The notes under the pieces were generated by a model. That model had not been told where the DNA came from and did no database searches. It saw only the letters and a program-made list of their open reading frames with translations. A stretch of 64,000 bases of DNA from NCBI RefSeq assembly GCF_009914755.1, contig NC_060930.1. One strand, written 5' to 3'. Both the position numbers and the translations under genes were made by a program. Source of the stretch: the human T2T-CHM13v2.0 reference genome, Homo sapiens. Below are positions 45,950 through 59,466 of the stretch, piece by piece. Numbering within the stretch: position 1 is the stretch's first letter; every line of letters begins with the position of its first letter.

Positions 45950-47140
45950 TATATTGCATACAGTGTAAAACATAAAAACAGATATTTTAAAAAGACAAGC
46001 TCAAGGTAAAATGAATATTCAAAATAATTTTTATTTTAGTTATTAATGCTTCAAAATATATTTTGGCTGCATTTTAATAACAATAATGTTTCATGGGAAG
46101 AATGTTAATGCATGTGCTTAATTATATTTGAAAATTTTGGCTTAACACTTAGTGATGCAGCTGTTTGAACATATCATTTCAAGATTAATTTTTTAAAATA
46201 CGTGGTCTCAAATGGGATCACTGCTGGAAAATAGCTCAAAGATACACGGATTCAAGCGAAAGAAGTACATTGTTGGTTTCACTTACAAATTATGATAATT
46301 ATTTTTCAAATCCATCCACCAATTAAGCAAAAGTTTTTGTCTCAACTCATCCAGTATGTTTACATCTTCCCTGCTGTCAATTGCTTATCAATATGCAAAT
46401 AAATTTGTTCTCATATTTTACACAATATGTTCACAAGCCATTGAAACTGTTCAAACTGTTCACCTGAACATTTTTAAGCAGATTGGAAAACTGTAAGTTT
46501 AAGTACCTATATTAGGCAGTTCTTGAAGCTGGTGCATACCATTTCCAGCAACAAACATCATATAACAACAAAAACATTGTTTTTGAAATGCTCTCTTTGA
46601 AGCACAGGTTTCTCCCTTAAAGAGGTTACTCTAGCCCCCTTACTGTCACCTGTAGCAAGAAGGAACAAATTTTGTGATTTTTTTTGTGCGTGTGAAAATA
46701 AATGTATCCCAGTGATATGTATGATTATCACATTGATGATTTTACCTCCTCTTGATGCTGACTGAGAGCACAAACTGGAAACAAGAGATATGTTTGTCTT
46801 ACCATTTTCTTGCTATTTGTCGGTATCATTACCATTTTCTTTAATCCATAGCTTGTTCGAAAAGTCTTTTTAAGTCATTTGCCCATTTTGTGGTGGTTGG
46901 TTTAGTTAAAACTATTATCTCTAAATCCAGAGTACTGACATATGTAAACTGTTCTAACGTGCTCAAGCAAATGAATGACTAAGAGATCTAAATTAATGTG
47001 TATATTAAACATTAAAAATCTTTACCTACTTTCTTATTTTTTAGGTAAATACAAATAGAAGTTGTAACATTTTATTCCTACCCCTCAATGACTCATCTTG
47101 CTAATCCCCTGGGCACCCACATTTTATTTCAGAGACCACG
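45950..47140 (-). mobile_element. hAT/Charlie-type DNA transposon fossil with transposase C-terminal remnants
   Basis: The minus strand at ~46090-46272 translates across breaks to NVLLSLESVYL*..FS...LNLE.DM...VKPKFSNIIKHMH..SH, resembling the hAT dimerisation motif LLPFxSTYLCExxFS..LxLExD..SH. Confidence 0.6.
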
Positions 47141-48329
47141 GCTTTGAGTACTAGAAAACAAACACAAGTGATTTAATGGGAGGACAGGTGAAATTATGAA
47201 GTTTAATTTGTCTTTGGGATTGTATTTGTGGCTTTGAGTATTCCTTTGAGTATTTCCTTTAATACGCTTTAAGTATTCCTCTAAAGTTTTTCTTGTGTGT
47301 ATATTCAAATAAATTAGTTGGTTTTACACCATATTATCCCAACCTCTTCAGAATAGGCAGCCACTCTGAGCCTCATGGAGACCTGGCTAGCCTTGTTAGT
47401 ATCTCCATGCCCTCTGAAATTCTTTGATAGCTCCACAGCCTCTGCCCTTTAGGTTGGACAATAAGGTGCTTTGGGTACAAGGAGAGGACTGAGGTGACTT
47501 ACCTCAGTGTAGAAAGACAAATAGTTGTGTTCTGTAACAGACTGAGCAAACGTTTTTTGTGACCCTATTAAAACTGAAGATTTAAGAGAAAAAATTATTA
47601 GCTCTGACTGCATATTTAAAAAAAAGAGGAAGAAGAATACAAAAAATGAGAAATAACTCTAGGTTAAGAGTTGCTCGAGAAGTTATGCCCCTTTTAAGCC
47701 TTAATGAAAAATTCTTGTTTTTTTTCTTAATATAAGAAGACAAAGATAAAGGACTAGCCACTGACCTTGAAACAAGGAGAGAAAAAAACGGAGTTGGTCC
47801 CTGAGAAATAGAAGTTGTCAAAACAAAACCTGCCTAGGCGAAATTTAATAGTCATTTGGATAAAAACGCTGTGCTAGTTTATTTTTCAGAGCATGTAACC
47901 CAGTACACGAGGGACTTCATCCCTCGTTAAGCCTGCAGAATTACTTTTGAGAGGAGAATTTTCACTATCTGTTTGGGAAACAATTATGTAAAAGGTTTGT
48001 TGCTGCATTTTGTAATTTTTCCCATTACTATAATTGCATGAGTTTTGAAGACACAAGCCAATTAGAAATTATAAAGACTACTCTGTGTAGCTGCAGGTGG
48101 CTTACAGGATGGCATCCACAACTAGAACCACACCTTCCAAATTATTGAGTGGTTGGAAAATACATTTTTTGACTTGGGAAGAGCAGTGTATATTATATGG
48201 AATGTTAAATTGGAATGCTAGCTAAGGTACACCATATTATCAAGGTATGATGGATATCAGACACTGGAAGGAGTTGTGAGACAGGGCATCTGTTTGCAGT
48301 TTCAAAGTAGGTGATTAAAACCCAGTTTC

Positions 48330-49193
48330 ACCAAATCAACAAGAAAAAAAAAATTAAAAAGTGGTCAAAGGACATAGACACTTCTCAAAAGAAGACATAC
48401 GAGCAGCCAACAAACATGAAAAAGATGTTCAACATCACTAATCATCAGAGAAATGAAAATTAGAACCACAATTAGATACTGCCTCACACTAGTCAGAATG
48501 GCTATTGTTAAAAAGTCAAAAAATAACAGATGTTGTCAGGGATGTGGAGAAAAGGGAACAATTATACACCGTTGGTGGAAATGTAAATCAGTTAAACCCC
48601 TATGGAAAACAGTATGGAGGTTTCCCAAAGAACTACAAATAGAACTACTGTTCTACCCAGGAATCTGCCCAAAGGAAAATATTAATAAATCATTCTACCA
48701 AAAAGACACCTGCCCTCATATGTTTATCACAGCACTGCTCACAATAGCAAAGTCATGGAATCAACCTAAGTGCCCATCAATGGTAGACTGGGTAAAGAAA
48801 ATGTGGTACATATACCCCATGGAATACTACACAGCCATAAAAAAGAAATAATTATGTCCTTTGCAGCAACATGGATGCAGCCATTATGGTAATGCAGGCC
48901 ATTATCCTAAGTGAATTAATGCAGAAACAGAAAATCAAATACTGCATGTTTTCACTTTTAAGTGGGAGCTAAACAATGGGTACATATGGACATAAAAATT
49001 GCAACAGTAGACACTGGGAACTCCAAAACAGGGGAGGAAGAGAAAGGGGGAACATGTTGAAAAACTACCTATTGGGTATTAGGTTCACAATTTGGGTGAT
49101 GGGTCCAACAGAAGCCTAAACCCCAGCGTTACACAATAAGCCCATGTAACAAACCTGCACATGTATCCCCTAAATCTAAAATAATTTTTAAAA
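48330..49193 (+). mobile_element. 5'-truncated L1 (L1PA15/16-L1PB-like) 3' end
   Basis: ORF2 C-terminal remnant (48453-48851: KTVWRF, DTCPHMFITAL, WNQPKCPS, MEYY) followed by a 3'UTR ending catgtatcccctaaatctaaaataa. Confidence 0.9.
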
Positions 49194-49490
49194 ACACTTG
49201 GTTTTATGACTCTTCAATTCTGTAGTCACTTTGAGTATAGAAAATAGTTAAAAGTCTAGATATCTGTGGACAAGGAATTTGTTGGCAAAGGATTTCTTTG
49301 AAGAAAGGTGCTGGGTGAATTGTGAGTTGGGCCTCCTCCGTTATCAAGGAAGATGGGTAGATGGTGTCTACCTCTTGCATTGGTCTTCAAAAAGACCCTC
49401 TGGAGTCTTGAAATGTGCCCTCGGCAATTAGCCAGGCATCATGGACAGTGTCTGCCTTTTTCTCCGGGGAATCCAGAATATGAGGGGTGT

Positions 49491-49529
49491 GTCTACGGCC
49501 ATACCACTCTGAATGTGCCCCATCTGGTC
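49491..49529 (+). pseudogene. 5S rRNA 5'-fragment pseudogene
   Basis: gtctacggccataccactctgaatgtgccccatctggtc vs the 5S start GTCTACGGCCATACCACCCTGAACGCGCCCGATCTCGTC (34/39 identical). Confidence 0.85.
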
Positions 49530-50457
49530 AGCATATAATGCGCTGGGATAGCTTATATCCCTGAATTTATTTAGATAAAGGATTTGTGGGGATTTCCTAT
49601 GATTGATGTGAACAATGAATGAAAGAGTTGATGTGGCCATCTTAGGTCCTGTTCAATAATGTTGATTCTCTAATTGCAGAGGGCAATGGCACCTCAGCAG
49701 ACAAAGCGAGCTGGAGGTCACCGACAGCATCCCAGCAGCTGCAGAAAATGCCAGGCGACCAGCCAGATTGGAGCTGCATTGCCCGAGTCTATGAAGTGGC
49801 TGCAGAGGATTGCAATACTTGCGAATCCCCAAAGAGCTTTCAAATGTGCCCCCAAAATAAGATGTTTAAATACCTGACAGGCCTAGAGAGCATGAAGTCA
49901 ACTTGCAATGCTACTGATCAAATGAGAATGTTCCTTCGTCCCTTTCCTCTCCTGCCTTCCCCAGTATAACCATGACAGGACAATAAGATGGGGGACAAGG
50001 TTTTGGAAGTATAAGACAGGGATAGGAGTAGAGAACATGGGGCAAGGTGATTTAAACCTGTGTTTGTGGCCTAAAGTGACCAGGGCATTTTGTAATCTAA
50101 CCATGAACCAAAAACTTACGAGACTTCCCAAGGTTACATCTGGGGAGTGGAAGAACTTTTCTCTACTGAATGAATTTTATAAATACAGTGGGAGGCAGAA
50201 GTAAAGATACTTGTGAATTATATCTCAGGAGTTCTGCTTATTCAGCACCCTGGTCACAGAGCCACCCCTTTGCTCTGGGCCCCCAGAACAAAGAGGCAGT
50301 AGGACACAGGAAGAACAGTGTCCTCAGTGATCCAGGGACTCAAAGACAGGCCAATGTGTGATGTTTTAGCCCCTCCTCTGGCTGCAGTGGCAGGGCTGGG
50401 GTCAGAGGGAGGATGTTATTGTGGAGAGTGCTGTTTCTTTTGATGTGCAAGGAGGGG

Positions 50458-50819
50458 TACTATGGGCTGAATGTGTGTCCTCCCAAGTTCATATGTTGAA
50501 ATCCTAATACCAAGGTGGTTGTATTAGGGAGGTGGGGCCTCTGAGAGGTGATTAGGTTCTGAGGGTAAAGGCCTCATGAACGGGATTAGTGATTTCATAA
50601 AAGAGGCTCCAGAGAGCTGTTTTGCCCATTCCGCCATGTTAGGACCAGCGAGAAAGCACCATCTGTGAACCAGAAAGTGGGCCTTCATCAGACCCTGAAT
50701 CTGCCAGTGCCTTGATTACGGACCTCCCAACCTCGAGAACTGTAAGAAATACACTTCTGTTGTTTGTAAACTATCTGGCTTATGGTATTTTGTTATAGCA
50801 GCCCAAATGGACTAAGACA
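50458..50819 (+). mobile_element. MaLR solo LTR (MLT1A0-like)
   Basis: tatgggctgaatgtg..ttcatatgttgaaatccta..ggtattttgttatagcagcccaaatggactaagaca. Confidence 0.88.
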
Positions 50820-50928
50820 ACGGATGTTCAGCAGGATCTGTTGGTCTCTTCTTCAATGAATTATTAAAGGACTGGTAGGTGTTGTGCATCTGAGGACTGG
50901 AATGCAATGCAAGGTGTATGTCTTCCCA

Positions 50929-50930
<2 letters not shown>

Positions 50931-50986
<56 letters not shown>
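50931..50986. repeat. (AT)28 microsatellite
   Basis: Uninterrupted AT run of 56 bp. Confidence 0.97.
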
Positions 50987-50994
<8 letters not shown>

Positions 50995-51026
50995 AATGCA
51001 AAGGTAACCTCTCTCAGTATTTCTGC

Positions 51027-51050
51027 GTGTGTGTGTGTGTGTGTGTGTGT
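51027..51050. repeat. (GT)12 microsatellite
   Basis: Direct read. Confidence 0.95.
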
Positions 51051-51189
51051 TTGCACAAGGAAGTGAGGAAACAAAGTAACAAGTACCAAAGGATAAAGGC
51101 ATGAGTTTATAACTCAGGGAAAAATCACAGAATCTTACCAGTTCAGGGTGACAAAACTAGTGACACTCAGTACCATGCAGGGATTCAGA

Positions 51190-51390
51190 TTACAGATTTT
51201 GGAGTCAGGCTGTCTGAGTTTGAATCCTGGGACTTTGGATAAGTATGCCCTTCTGTTTCCTCACCTATAAAACAGGTAAACTGGTTATCTCATGGGATTA
51301 TTATAGAAATTAAAGAAGATAATCTCTGTAGAGTGCCTGCTGTAGTTGTTGGTACTTGATAAATGTGCTGTAATTGTCAGCTAAGATTGC
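51190..51390 (+). mobile_element. MIR
   Basis: ttggagtcagg..gtttgaatcctgg..ctgtttcctcacctataaaa. Confidence 0.7.
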
Positions 51391-51408
51391 TATTGTTTCC
51401 TAATACGT

Positions 51409-52050
51409 AGAGTGAATTCCCATTATTCCTGGTATTTATATTCCACAAAGTTGCCACAAACACTGAGTTAGCAAATACTGAACCATTGATCCTAGGGGAA
51501 ATACAGGGTTAGTCTCTTGCAAGCCTATGGTCACATTTTTGTCAACAAATGAATACATAACGTTGTTTTATGTGTGTTTCTATTTAAAGACACCTTATTT
51601 AATATGTAGTGTTGATTCATTAACATTGAACTCTCAGCTAAGAGCACTAGAGCGGATGACTTCATGAAGATTATCTAAGACACACATTTTCTTTTTAAGG
51701 CACATTCTTGTGATTAGGAATGCCAGATAGTGCTTTGGCACTACACTTGGAGGCCATTTTAAACAGAAAAATCTCTAAGAAAAAGCACAAAAGTGCAAAA
51801 ATCATGGTATTCAATAAACTGCATAAAGGATACTTGTTTACAGTATGCGAGCTGAAACCAAAGGGCAGAATATCATTTGTTTGACCTCAGCTAGGAAGGT
51901 GCATGTTGGCTGATTTGAAAATTACAGGCAGCTCTGCACCTGCCTGTAAATAACTGTGAAAGCCCCAGAGTATTGATTTGTGGTACAAAAAAATTTTAGT
52001 GAATAGGCAAATTTGCAACTATAGAATCCGTGAATAATGATGATTGACTA
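51409..52050. mobile_element. MER82-like TcMar-Tigger non-autonomous DNA transposon
   Basis: aatactgaaccattgatcctaggggaaatacagggttag..aaagacaccttatttaatat. Terminal inverted motifs cattattc / gaataatg with flanking TA. Confidence 0.85.
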
Positions 52051-52058
52051 TATCTGGG

Positions 52059-52673
<615 letters not shown>

Positions 52674-54244
52674 ACTGGGTTATCAGCAATTGGTACTCCA
52701 AGCTCTGGTTAACTCTTTCCAGCAAAGGGAAAATGACATGTCGAGGCAGCTCATTCTGTCCTTGACCAGCTCTAACTTTTACAAAGCTTGCTAAATTCCA
52801 CCCCATAGGACCTCGCAGAAGCACTTTAACAATTTCTTTCAAATGACATTCCTGTACTGGAACACAGCTATTGTGTCTCCTTAGACTGAAGTGTAGGTTA
52901 AGCATTCTCATTTCCTGTAACAATTTGCCATATGATAATAGTTTGATTGCCCTCATTGTCCTTATTGCCCTCCTTGGAAGGTATTTCAGTGTTTCAATAT
53001 CTTTTTTAGAGAGTGAAGCCCAGGACTAAAGCTGAGTATGTGAGTGCCAGGTGAGGTCTGATCAGGGTTTCAGAAAAAAGTGATGATTATCCTTTTCATC
53101 CTAAATGCTATATTTTGCTAAATATTTTTAGAGTTTATGTGGCAGGGACAATTGGTGCTCACACAGTAAATGCACATTTTTTAACGTTTCCTTGTCTTAA
53201 GCATCCAGATGGAGTCATATGACTAATTCTTGCCGATGGGTGACAGGTGGAAATAATACAAGCCTCCTGCAGGTCTGATGCGTAAGAACATCCCAAGGAA
53301 TTCTCCATGGCCACCTAGGGAGTCATGGGCTCCAGATGACATAGCAACAAGGTAGAAGAATGCCTGGGTCCTGAGTCACCACATGGTGGAGAGCTGTGTG
53401 GAAGAGCTGTCCAAGCTGCCACAAGACTTTGCATTGACTGTAAAATAAAATTTATTTTAAAAACTGATTTTTGGCAGCATACAGTGTTAATTATGATAAT
53501 GAATATAATATGTAATAGCTTTTTTAGTGGCCATATTATGCTGTTGTGACTCACACTGAGTTTGCTATAAACAAAAAATCCACTGTTCTTTTTAACATAG
53601 GCAGCTACTCAAATAGGTACTCCTTTCATGAACTTGCTGATATTTTTAGATATAAGCCCAATATAATACATTATCCTTATTAGGTTTTAATTTTTAGATC
53701 TAGCAAATCCCTTTCTAGCTTCTCAATAGCTTCTTAGATTGTGAATTTCTCAAGCAGCCATCCTGTCAAATTTTGTGTCTTCCACAAATGCGTGAGCTTT
53801 TTAAACTCCTCACTGATAAACATTTGATTATCCAATATCCTGGACCTTGGTATTCAGGCAAAGAAGATACAAATACTGTGTCTAGGCCAATTACACACTA
53901 TTTTCCCATGTGAATTATTGGTCAATTCTAGCACTGTTCCTTCTTCTTCTTCTTCTTCTTTTTTTAATATTTTGTGTTCAATGTAACTGCTTATTTTATT
54001 GGTATCTCTTTTTCTCTGCTTTATTTTTAGTCTTACATTTTCAGTCTCTGGACACATATTCTTCTCTGTCCTTGAAAAGTACCTGTCAATAGCTAAAGGT
54101 ATGCAATTCTGGAATCTGATGCTGGAGTCCAGGGATACAAACCCCACCCTTTGACAATGTCTACAAAGCAAAGTATTCCTCTAAAATCCTGTCACTTCTA
54201 AAAAAGTTTAAATATGTTGTTTTGTCTTCAAGCTATTTGTTTTC

Positions 54245-54460
54245 CTGGTGCAGTGGAAAAACACTGCCCTCAAAATTAGAACACTTTGGTTTGAGTCCTG
54301 GTTTTTCCAATTATAAGCTTAATGATCTTGGAAAAGTGCCTTAACTTCTGTGAAACTCAGGTTTGTTTGTTGGTTGCTTTTTAAAATCTGTGAATAGAGA
54401 TAATTATTTTCATCTTGGATACTCCCAAGATTGTGTGAGGATTGAATGAGTGAATGGTGC
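54245..54460 (+). mobile_element. MIR
   Basis: ggtgcagtggaaaa..ggtttgagtcctgg..cttaacttctgtgaaactcag..tgtgaggattgaatgag. Confidence 0.65.
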
Positions 54461-54673
54461 CCAAATGTTTAGGACTGGATAAGTGTTCCTTTGTTGATTT
54501 CTGCACCAAGGATACTTCCTGTATCTTTCTGTTGGGTCCTTCATATCATCATGGAGTGTACGGTGGTCAGCAGGTTTGATGGATCTTGGCAGGTACTCAG
54601 GTATTACTTTTTATATCTGTCTCGGGAAGGGAGGAGAACCCCTTACTGACTATATTAAATCTATGCACAATGA

Positions 54674-54868
54674 CTTCCTTCCTTTCTTCCTTCCCTTCCT
54701 TCCCTTCCTTTCTCTCTTTCTCCCTTTCTCTCTCTCTCTTTCTTTCTATCTTTCTTTCTTTCTTTCTTTCCTTCTTTCTCTTTCTTTCTTTCTTTTTCTT
54801 TTTCTTCCTTCCTTCCTTCCTTTCCTTCCTTCCTTCCTTGCTTCTTTCTTTCTTTCTTTCTTTTCTTT

Positions 54869-54940
<72 letters not shown>

Positions 54941-54955
54941 TTTCCTTTTTTTTTC
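54674..54955. repeat. ~280 bp compound (CCTT)n/(CTTT)n/(CT)n polypyrimidine tract (expanded Alu tail)
   Basis: Almost purely pyrimidine on the + strand, directly abutting the reverse Alu body. Confidence 0.95.
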
Positions 54956-55205
54956 AGCAGAGTCCTACTCTGTTGCCCAGGCTGGAGAGCAGTGGTGCAA
55001 TCTTGGGTCACTACAACCTCCACCTCCTGAGTTCAGCCAATTCTCCTGCCTCAGCCTCCCAAGTAGCTGGGATTACAGGCATGAGCCACTGTGACTGGCT
55101 AATTTTTGTATTTTTAGCAGAGACAGGGCTTCACCATTGATCGCCAGGCTGGTCTTGAACTCCTGACCTCAGGTGATCTGCCTGCCTCGGCCTCCCAAAG
55201 TGCTG
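54956..55205 (-). mobile_element. AluS (5' ~25 bp missing)
   Basis: The reverse Alu ends at cccaaagtgctg. Degenerate TSD tgcaca[a/g]tga[c/t]tt at 54664-54676 / 55208-55220. Confidence 0.9.
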
Positions 55206-55309
55206 TCTGCACAGTGATTTTCATTCCTCAAGGGTAGGTAAGGGCACTAGCTCTGGAGCTGCAGGTACCGGAGTTATTCTCGATGGGTTCAGCAACGGAG
55301 TTCTCCACT

Positions 55310-55570
55310 GTCCACTCTAGATGCTCCATAAGCAAAGTGTTTTAGGGTCACAGAGGTCTGGGAAGTGAAAAATCAGTCTTGAAGATTCACAATACAACAT
55401 TAACATATTAAAGGCTCTGAGAAATCCTGCACTGAAAAACACTCATTTGATTTCATTTAATTTAGAAGTTCTTAAAATTATTTGACCTTGGAACCCTTTC
55501 TTCCATGGGAGTAATATTAGTGTCACAGTGAACTAGTTTCCAATGGAAGGCTCTTCTAGAAATGTTGGCC
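55310..55570. mobile_element. MER103-like hAT element
   Basis: attaaaggctctgagaaatcctgca..ttatttgaccttggaaccc. Confidence 0.6.
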
Positions 55571-56644
55571 CAGGATAATCAACAGTGAAATGTCCTTCAG
55601 TGGATAATAATATGGCAGATTATTTTTATTCTGATCTTTTCATCACCTGGCCCTGTCCCAGCAAGGTTTTGGAGAGAAATAACAAGCCACTAGTATGTGT
55701 ATTGGATTGCTAGATACCCTCAGATGCACTGAGAGAAGTAGTCCCCTGTGCCCGGCCAGCTCTCCAGGATGTTCCTGTGTATATTCCCAAACCTTGAGGT
55801 CATCCTTTAGGTGGTGTGACAGCAAATAGCTATTGGGAGCTGTGTGACTTTTGTCTGTGTCATTGAGAACAGGTTCTAAGGAAATTGAGGAAAGGACACA
55901 AGGAGGACACTGGAGGACCTCTTCCTAGCCACTACTGTGTTCTATGCTTCTTTACAGACATAGACACAGTACATGGCATAAACATAATATGTGGAATAAC
56001 AGCAATCAGCTCAAGGAAATGTGAGGTTGAGGCAAACTCACTTTTTTTGCAGTCTTCATATTTTCCACTATTGTCTACTCCTCAAAACTCTTCTGTAACC
56101 CCTGATCAACTTTACCATTAATGATACTACTGATCCCTTGAACTTTGGGTTCTCATTTTCTGACAACAGCTGCCTTATCTGCTACTAGTTTATTGCTCTC
56201 AATACACTCACATAAATTCAATCATGACGATCACAGCTATTGCTTCCTGAGTACTTCACATGAATCAACGCATTTAATCCTTACATCAGTGTGATCCAGG
56301 AACATTTCAGAGAAGTTAAATTATTTTTGAGAGGGCATATAGCTAGTTAAAAGTAAAGCTGGACTTTGAAACCAGATATATTCTTCCCCAAAGCCCATCC
56401 TATATCAGTGGGTCTCTATTGCTTCTTGAGGATACACTGGGGACCTCCATTTCAGACAGCCTGTGAGCTACAGCAATCCTATACCCTCCAGCAATTTTTA
56501 TTTCCTCACTTCCTTTACTTAATGCTGCATTGAGCTAATTCTGCCCTGATGATCCCTTCAAGGGCTTTTTCTTCTACTGCAGCTAATCTCTAGGCACTGC
56601 TAGAGGAGAAACTGAGTCACACAGATCTAGATGATGGCAGATAT

Positions 56645-57049
56645 AAGCTTAGTTCAGGCTATTATAACAAATGATCATAGACTGGGTATCTTAAACAAGA
56701 AAATTTTACTTCTCACAGTTCTGGATGCTGGAAAGTCCATGATCCAAGAGCCAGCAAATCTAGTGTCTGGTGAAGGTCTGCTTCCTGGTTTGCAAATGAC
56801 TGTCTTTTCATCTTTTTTGTGTATCCTTACATGGCAGAGAACAGAGAGAGACAGAGAAAGAGAGAGAGAGACAGAGAGCTCACGCACTCAGGTCTCTTCT
56901 TATAAGGTCACTAATTTCATTCATTCATTTGGGCACTATACCTCATGTCTTAACTATTTCCCAAAGGCCCCACCTCCTAATACTATAACACTGGGGGTTA
57001 GGATGTTAACACATGAATCTTGGGGGACACAAACATTCAGTTCATAGCA
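56645..57049 (-). mobile_element. MaLR solo LTR (MLT1A-like)
   Basis: catagactggg..tctcacagttctgga..gtgtctggtgaagg..ccaaaggccccacctcctaatact..ggacacaaacattcagttcatagca. Confidence 0.85.
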
Positions 57050-59466
57050 TCTGCTCCCCAGCTTTACTCTGACCCTACTATGCTTGTCAGCCACTTTCAT
57101 CTCTTATTGACCTAAAGCATACTTCATGAGAGTCACCCTTCTCTTTCCTTAAGCTCCAAAATCTTCCATTGCCATCACATATATTTCATACAGAAGACTG
57201 AGGAGGAAAGAGAATAATACAGTGAAGGAAAGGCAAAGTATTCAATGTGGAGATCAACTCCAAGATTTTTATTACCTCTGTCTTTATTTTAATGAATTGT
57301 TCACCCCTCTTTCCCTGTCATTCCGCCTTTCAGACTCAAAGGCAGCAGGATCTTAGCTCTGGTTATAGCCTCCTTTGGACTCTGGGACATCACTTCTTAC
57401 CATTTTTGTCTCTTTTCTGCCAAATCTTTCTCTTCTCTGACATCTTAACAATTAGTCATTTGGGTTCTGTTGTTATGTTTTATATTTGTATTACCCCAGT
57501 GCATTGGGTTTCTCAAAGATTACTAATAAATTCTTTCTTTCTGGATCTAATGACTTTCTTCAGTTCCTATCAACTTTGACTCCTTCAGACACTTGATAAT
57601 GCTGACTACTCATTAAAAAAAAATCTCTCATTGCTTTCATAGCAATGTGCTGTTTTTTTTTCCCTGCTCTTTTTTCTGTCTGTTGCTACCTCCTATTCTA
57701 CTCTTACTCTCATTCTTATTCCTGTTTCCCAGAGCCAAAGCTGTATTCTTTGCTCTCCATTTCCCACACAGCTCTTGATGTCAGCAATCACTTATGATGA
57801 ATGACTTTCAAATCTGCATTTATAATCCTACTTTTACCCTTGAACCAATTGTGCATCTCCAATTGGTTACAGCTGAACCCTAATTGGAAGGAAAATTAAA
57901 GGCTCTTACTTCTAAAATGGGTTCCTTTTTATAGCCCCTTTATTTTTGTTAGTCATCCCAGCCATATTAGAGTTTTCAAATAACTTTGAAGTTATGTTTT
58001 ACATTATCCATCTCTTTCATACAATCTGCATTAGCTTTGTCCTTTTATTTCAAAATGCTTTTCATATTTTCTCATCTTCTGTATGCCTTTCCCTCCACCC
58101 CCCAGCACCATCCTGGTTAAAACTGAAGCCTGCAAAATTTGCTTTGGGTAGCCTCCTTCAAATAGCTGTGGACTCTGAGCACCCTCAATGATATCTGATT
58201 ACGATTCCCTCAAGTTTACAGTTCTGGCAGTCTATCTTCCTTCCTCTAGTCAAAATTCTCTTTCTCAAAAAACAAAAACACAAAAACTCTTAAAATTCAT
58301 CATCCCTGAGGTAGGATTATCTGTTAACAGTTTGTCACATTGCCCAATCCTATTAGCTTAACTCAAGGTTCTTTAAATTGAAGTGGAATCAAAGCTTTGA
58401 ATGAAACAATGAGGCTCTAAATCTGAGTTTCAATCACTATAAATAAGAGCCTCTGAAAATAAGCAGCTTGTATGATTACCTACTTTGCTTGTATAAAAGC
58501 CTGGTGCCACTATCCCTGCTGAAGTCCTAATCTTGTCAGCTCTATGTCTTACTTCTTTGAATCCAGGGCCTCCTTCTTCCAATCAATCCAGCTACTAGCT
58601 TCCTACAAATATCATCAATTCTCTTCATAAAAGCATAGTAAGCAGAAATGCTTTGCTAGTATTGGAGTCATTTTTGGTAACCTTATAAATAAAAATATTT
58701 AGCCCAGAAAACTAAATTTTATCAAACATTTGCAATTTAATAAAATGCTTTAATGAGGAGTTTGGCTAAAATTTAATTCTAGTTGAGGTTATAGTTGGAT
58801 TTAATGTAATGAACCCAGTGGGTGGGTGTGAGGGTGGGAGGGGCCTGGCTCTCATTGCTTCCAACACTGCCTACTGTACTAAGTTACGTCTGTCTGCTTG
58901 TTTTTGACATTTCCTGCGGACTATTTCCTGTCACTACTGTTCTAGTGTTAGTCTGGATTACTAAATATTCTCTTGGTCAGCAGGTGGGCCTTTTCCTCTC
59001 CTCACTCAATCCTTCATTCTTTCTCTTCTCTGTGCTCAGATTTTGTTATGCTTTTTACCCTTCATTGAATCATATTTAGCTCTCAAGGACAAATATAAAT
59101 GTTACTTTCTCTATAAAAGCATTCTTTCACTTTATTCAAAACCAATTTCTCTCATTTGAATTTCTATTGTAATTATGGTCACAGCCACTTAAGTCAGCAT
59201 ATAATTGTTCTCTGAATTTTTCATTGCTTTTTATTTTGCCTCCCTAACTTGTGGGTCAGAATGACATGTCTTTTTCCTTTAACTTGTATACATTATAAAC
59301 ATTAGATAAATATTTGTGGATGGGCAGGTTGTTCTTCCATGTGTATGTAAGTTGACCTCAGTTGGCAACTATTTGAATGTATTGCTGAAGTTATTACTTT
59401 GACTTAGTTAAGAATGGCTTTATTTTTTCCACCTGAAGAAGTTAAAAAAATGCCCATTGTATTCAT

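Noticed and set aside
47240-47281. Short imperfect tandem ctttgagtattc units
   Set aside because: Three degenerate ~12-bp units from local slippage; no spacer structure, and not CRISPR-like.
50812-51102. YIYIYI / THTHT ORFs
   Set aside because: Dinucleotide repeat translations.
54576-55140. 172-184 aa F/L/S-rich and K/E/R-rich ORFs
   Set aside because: Translations of the CTTT microsatellite and Alu.
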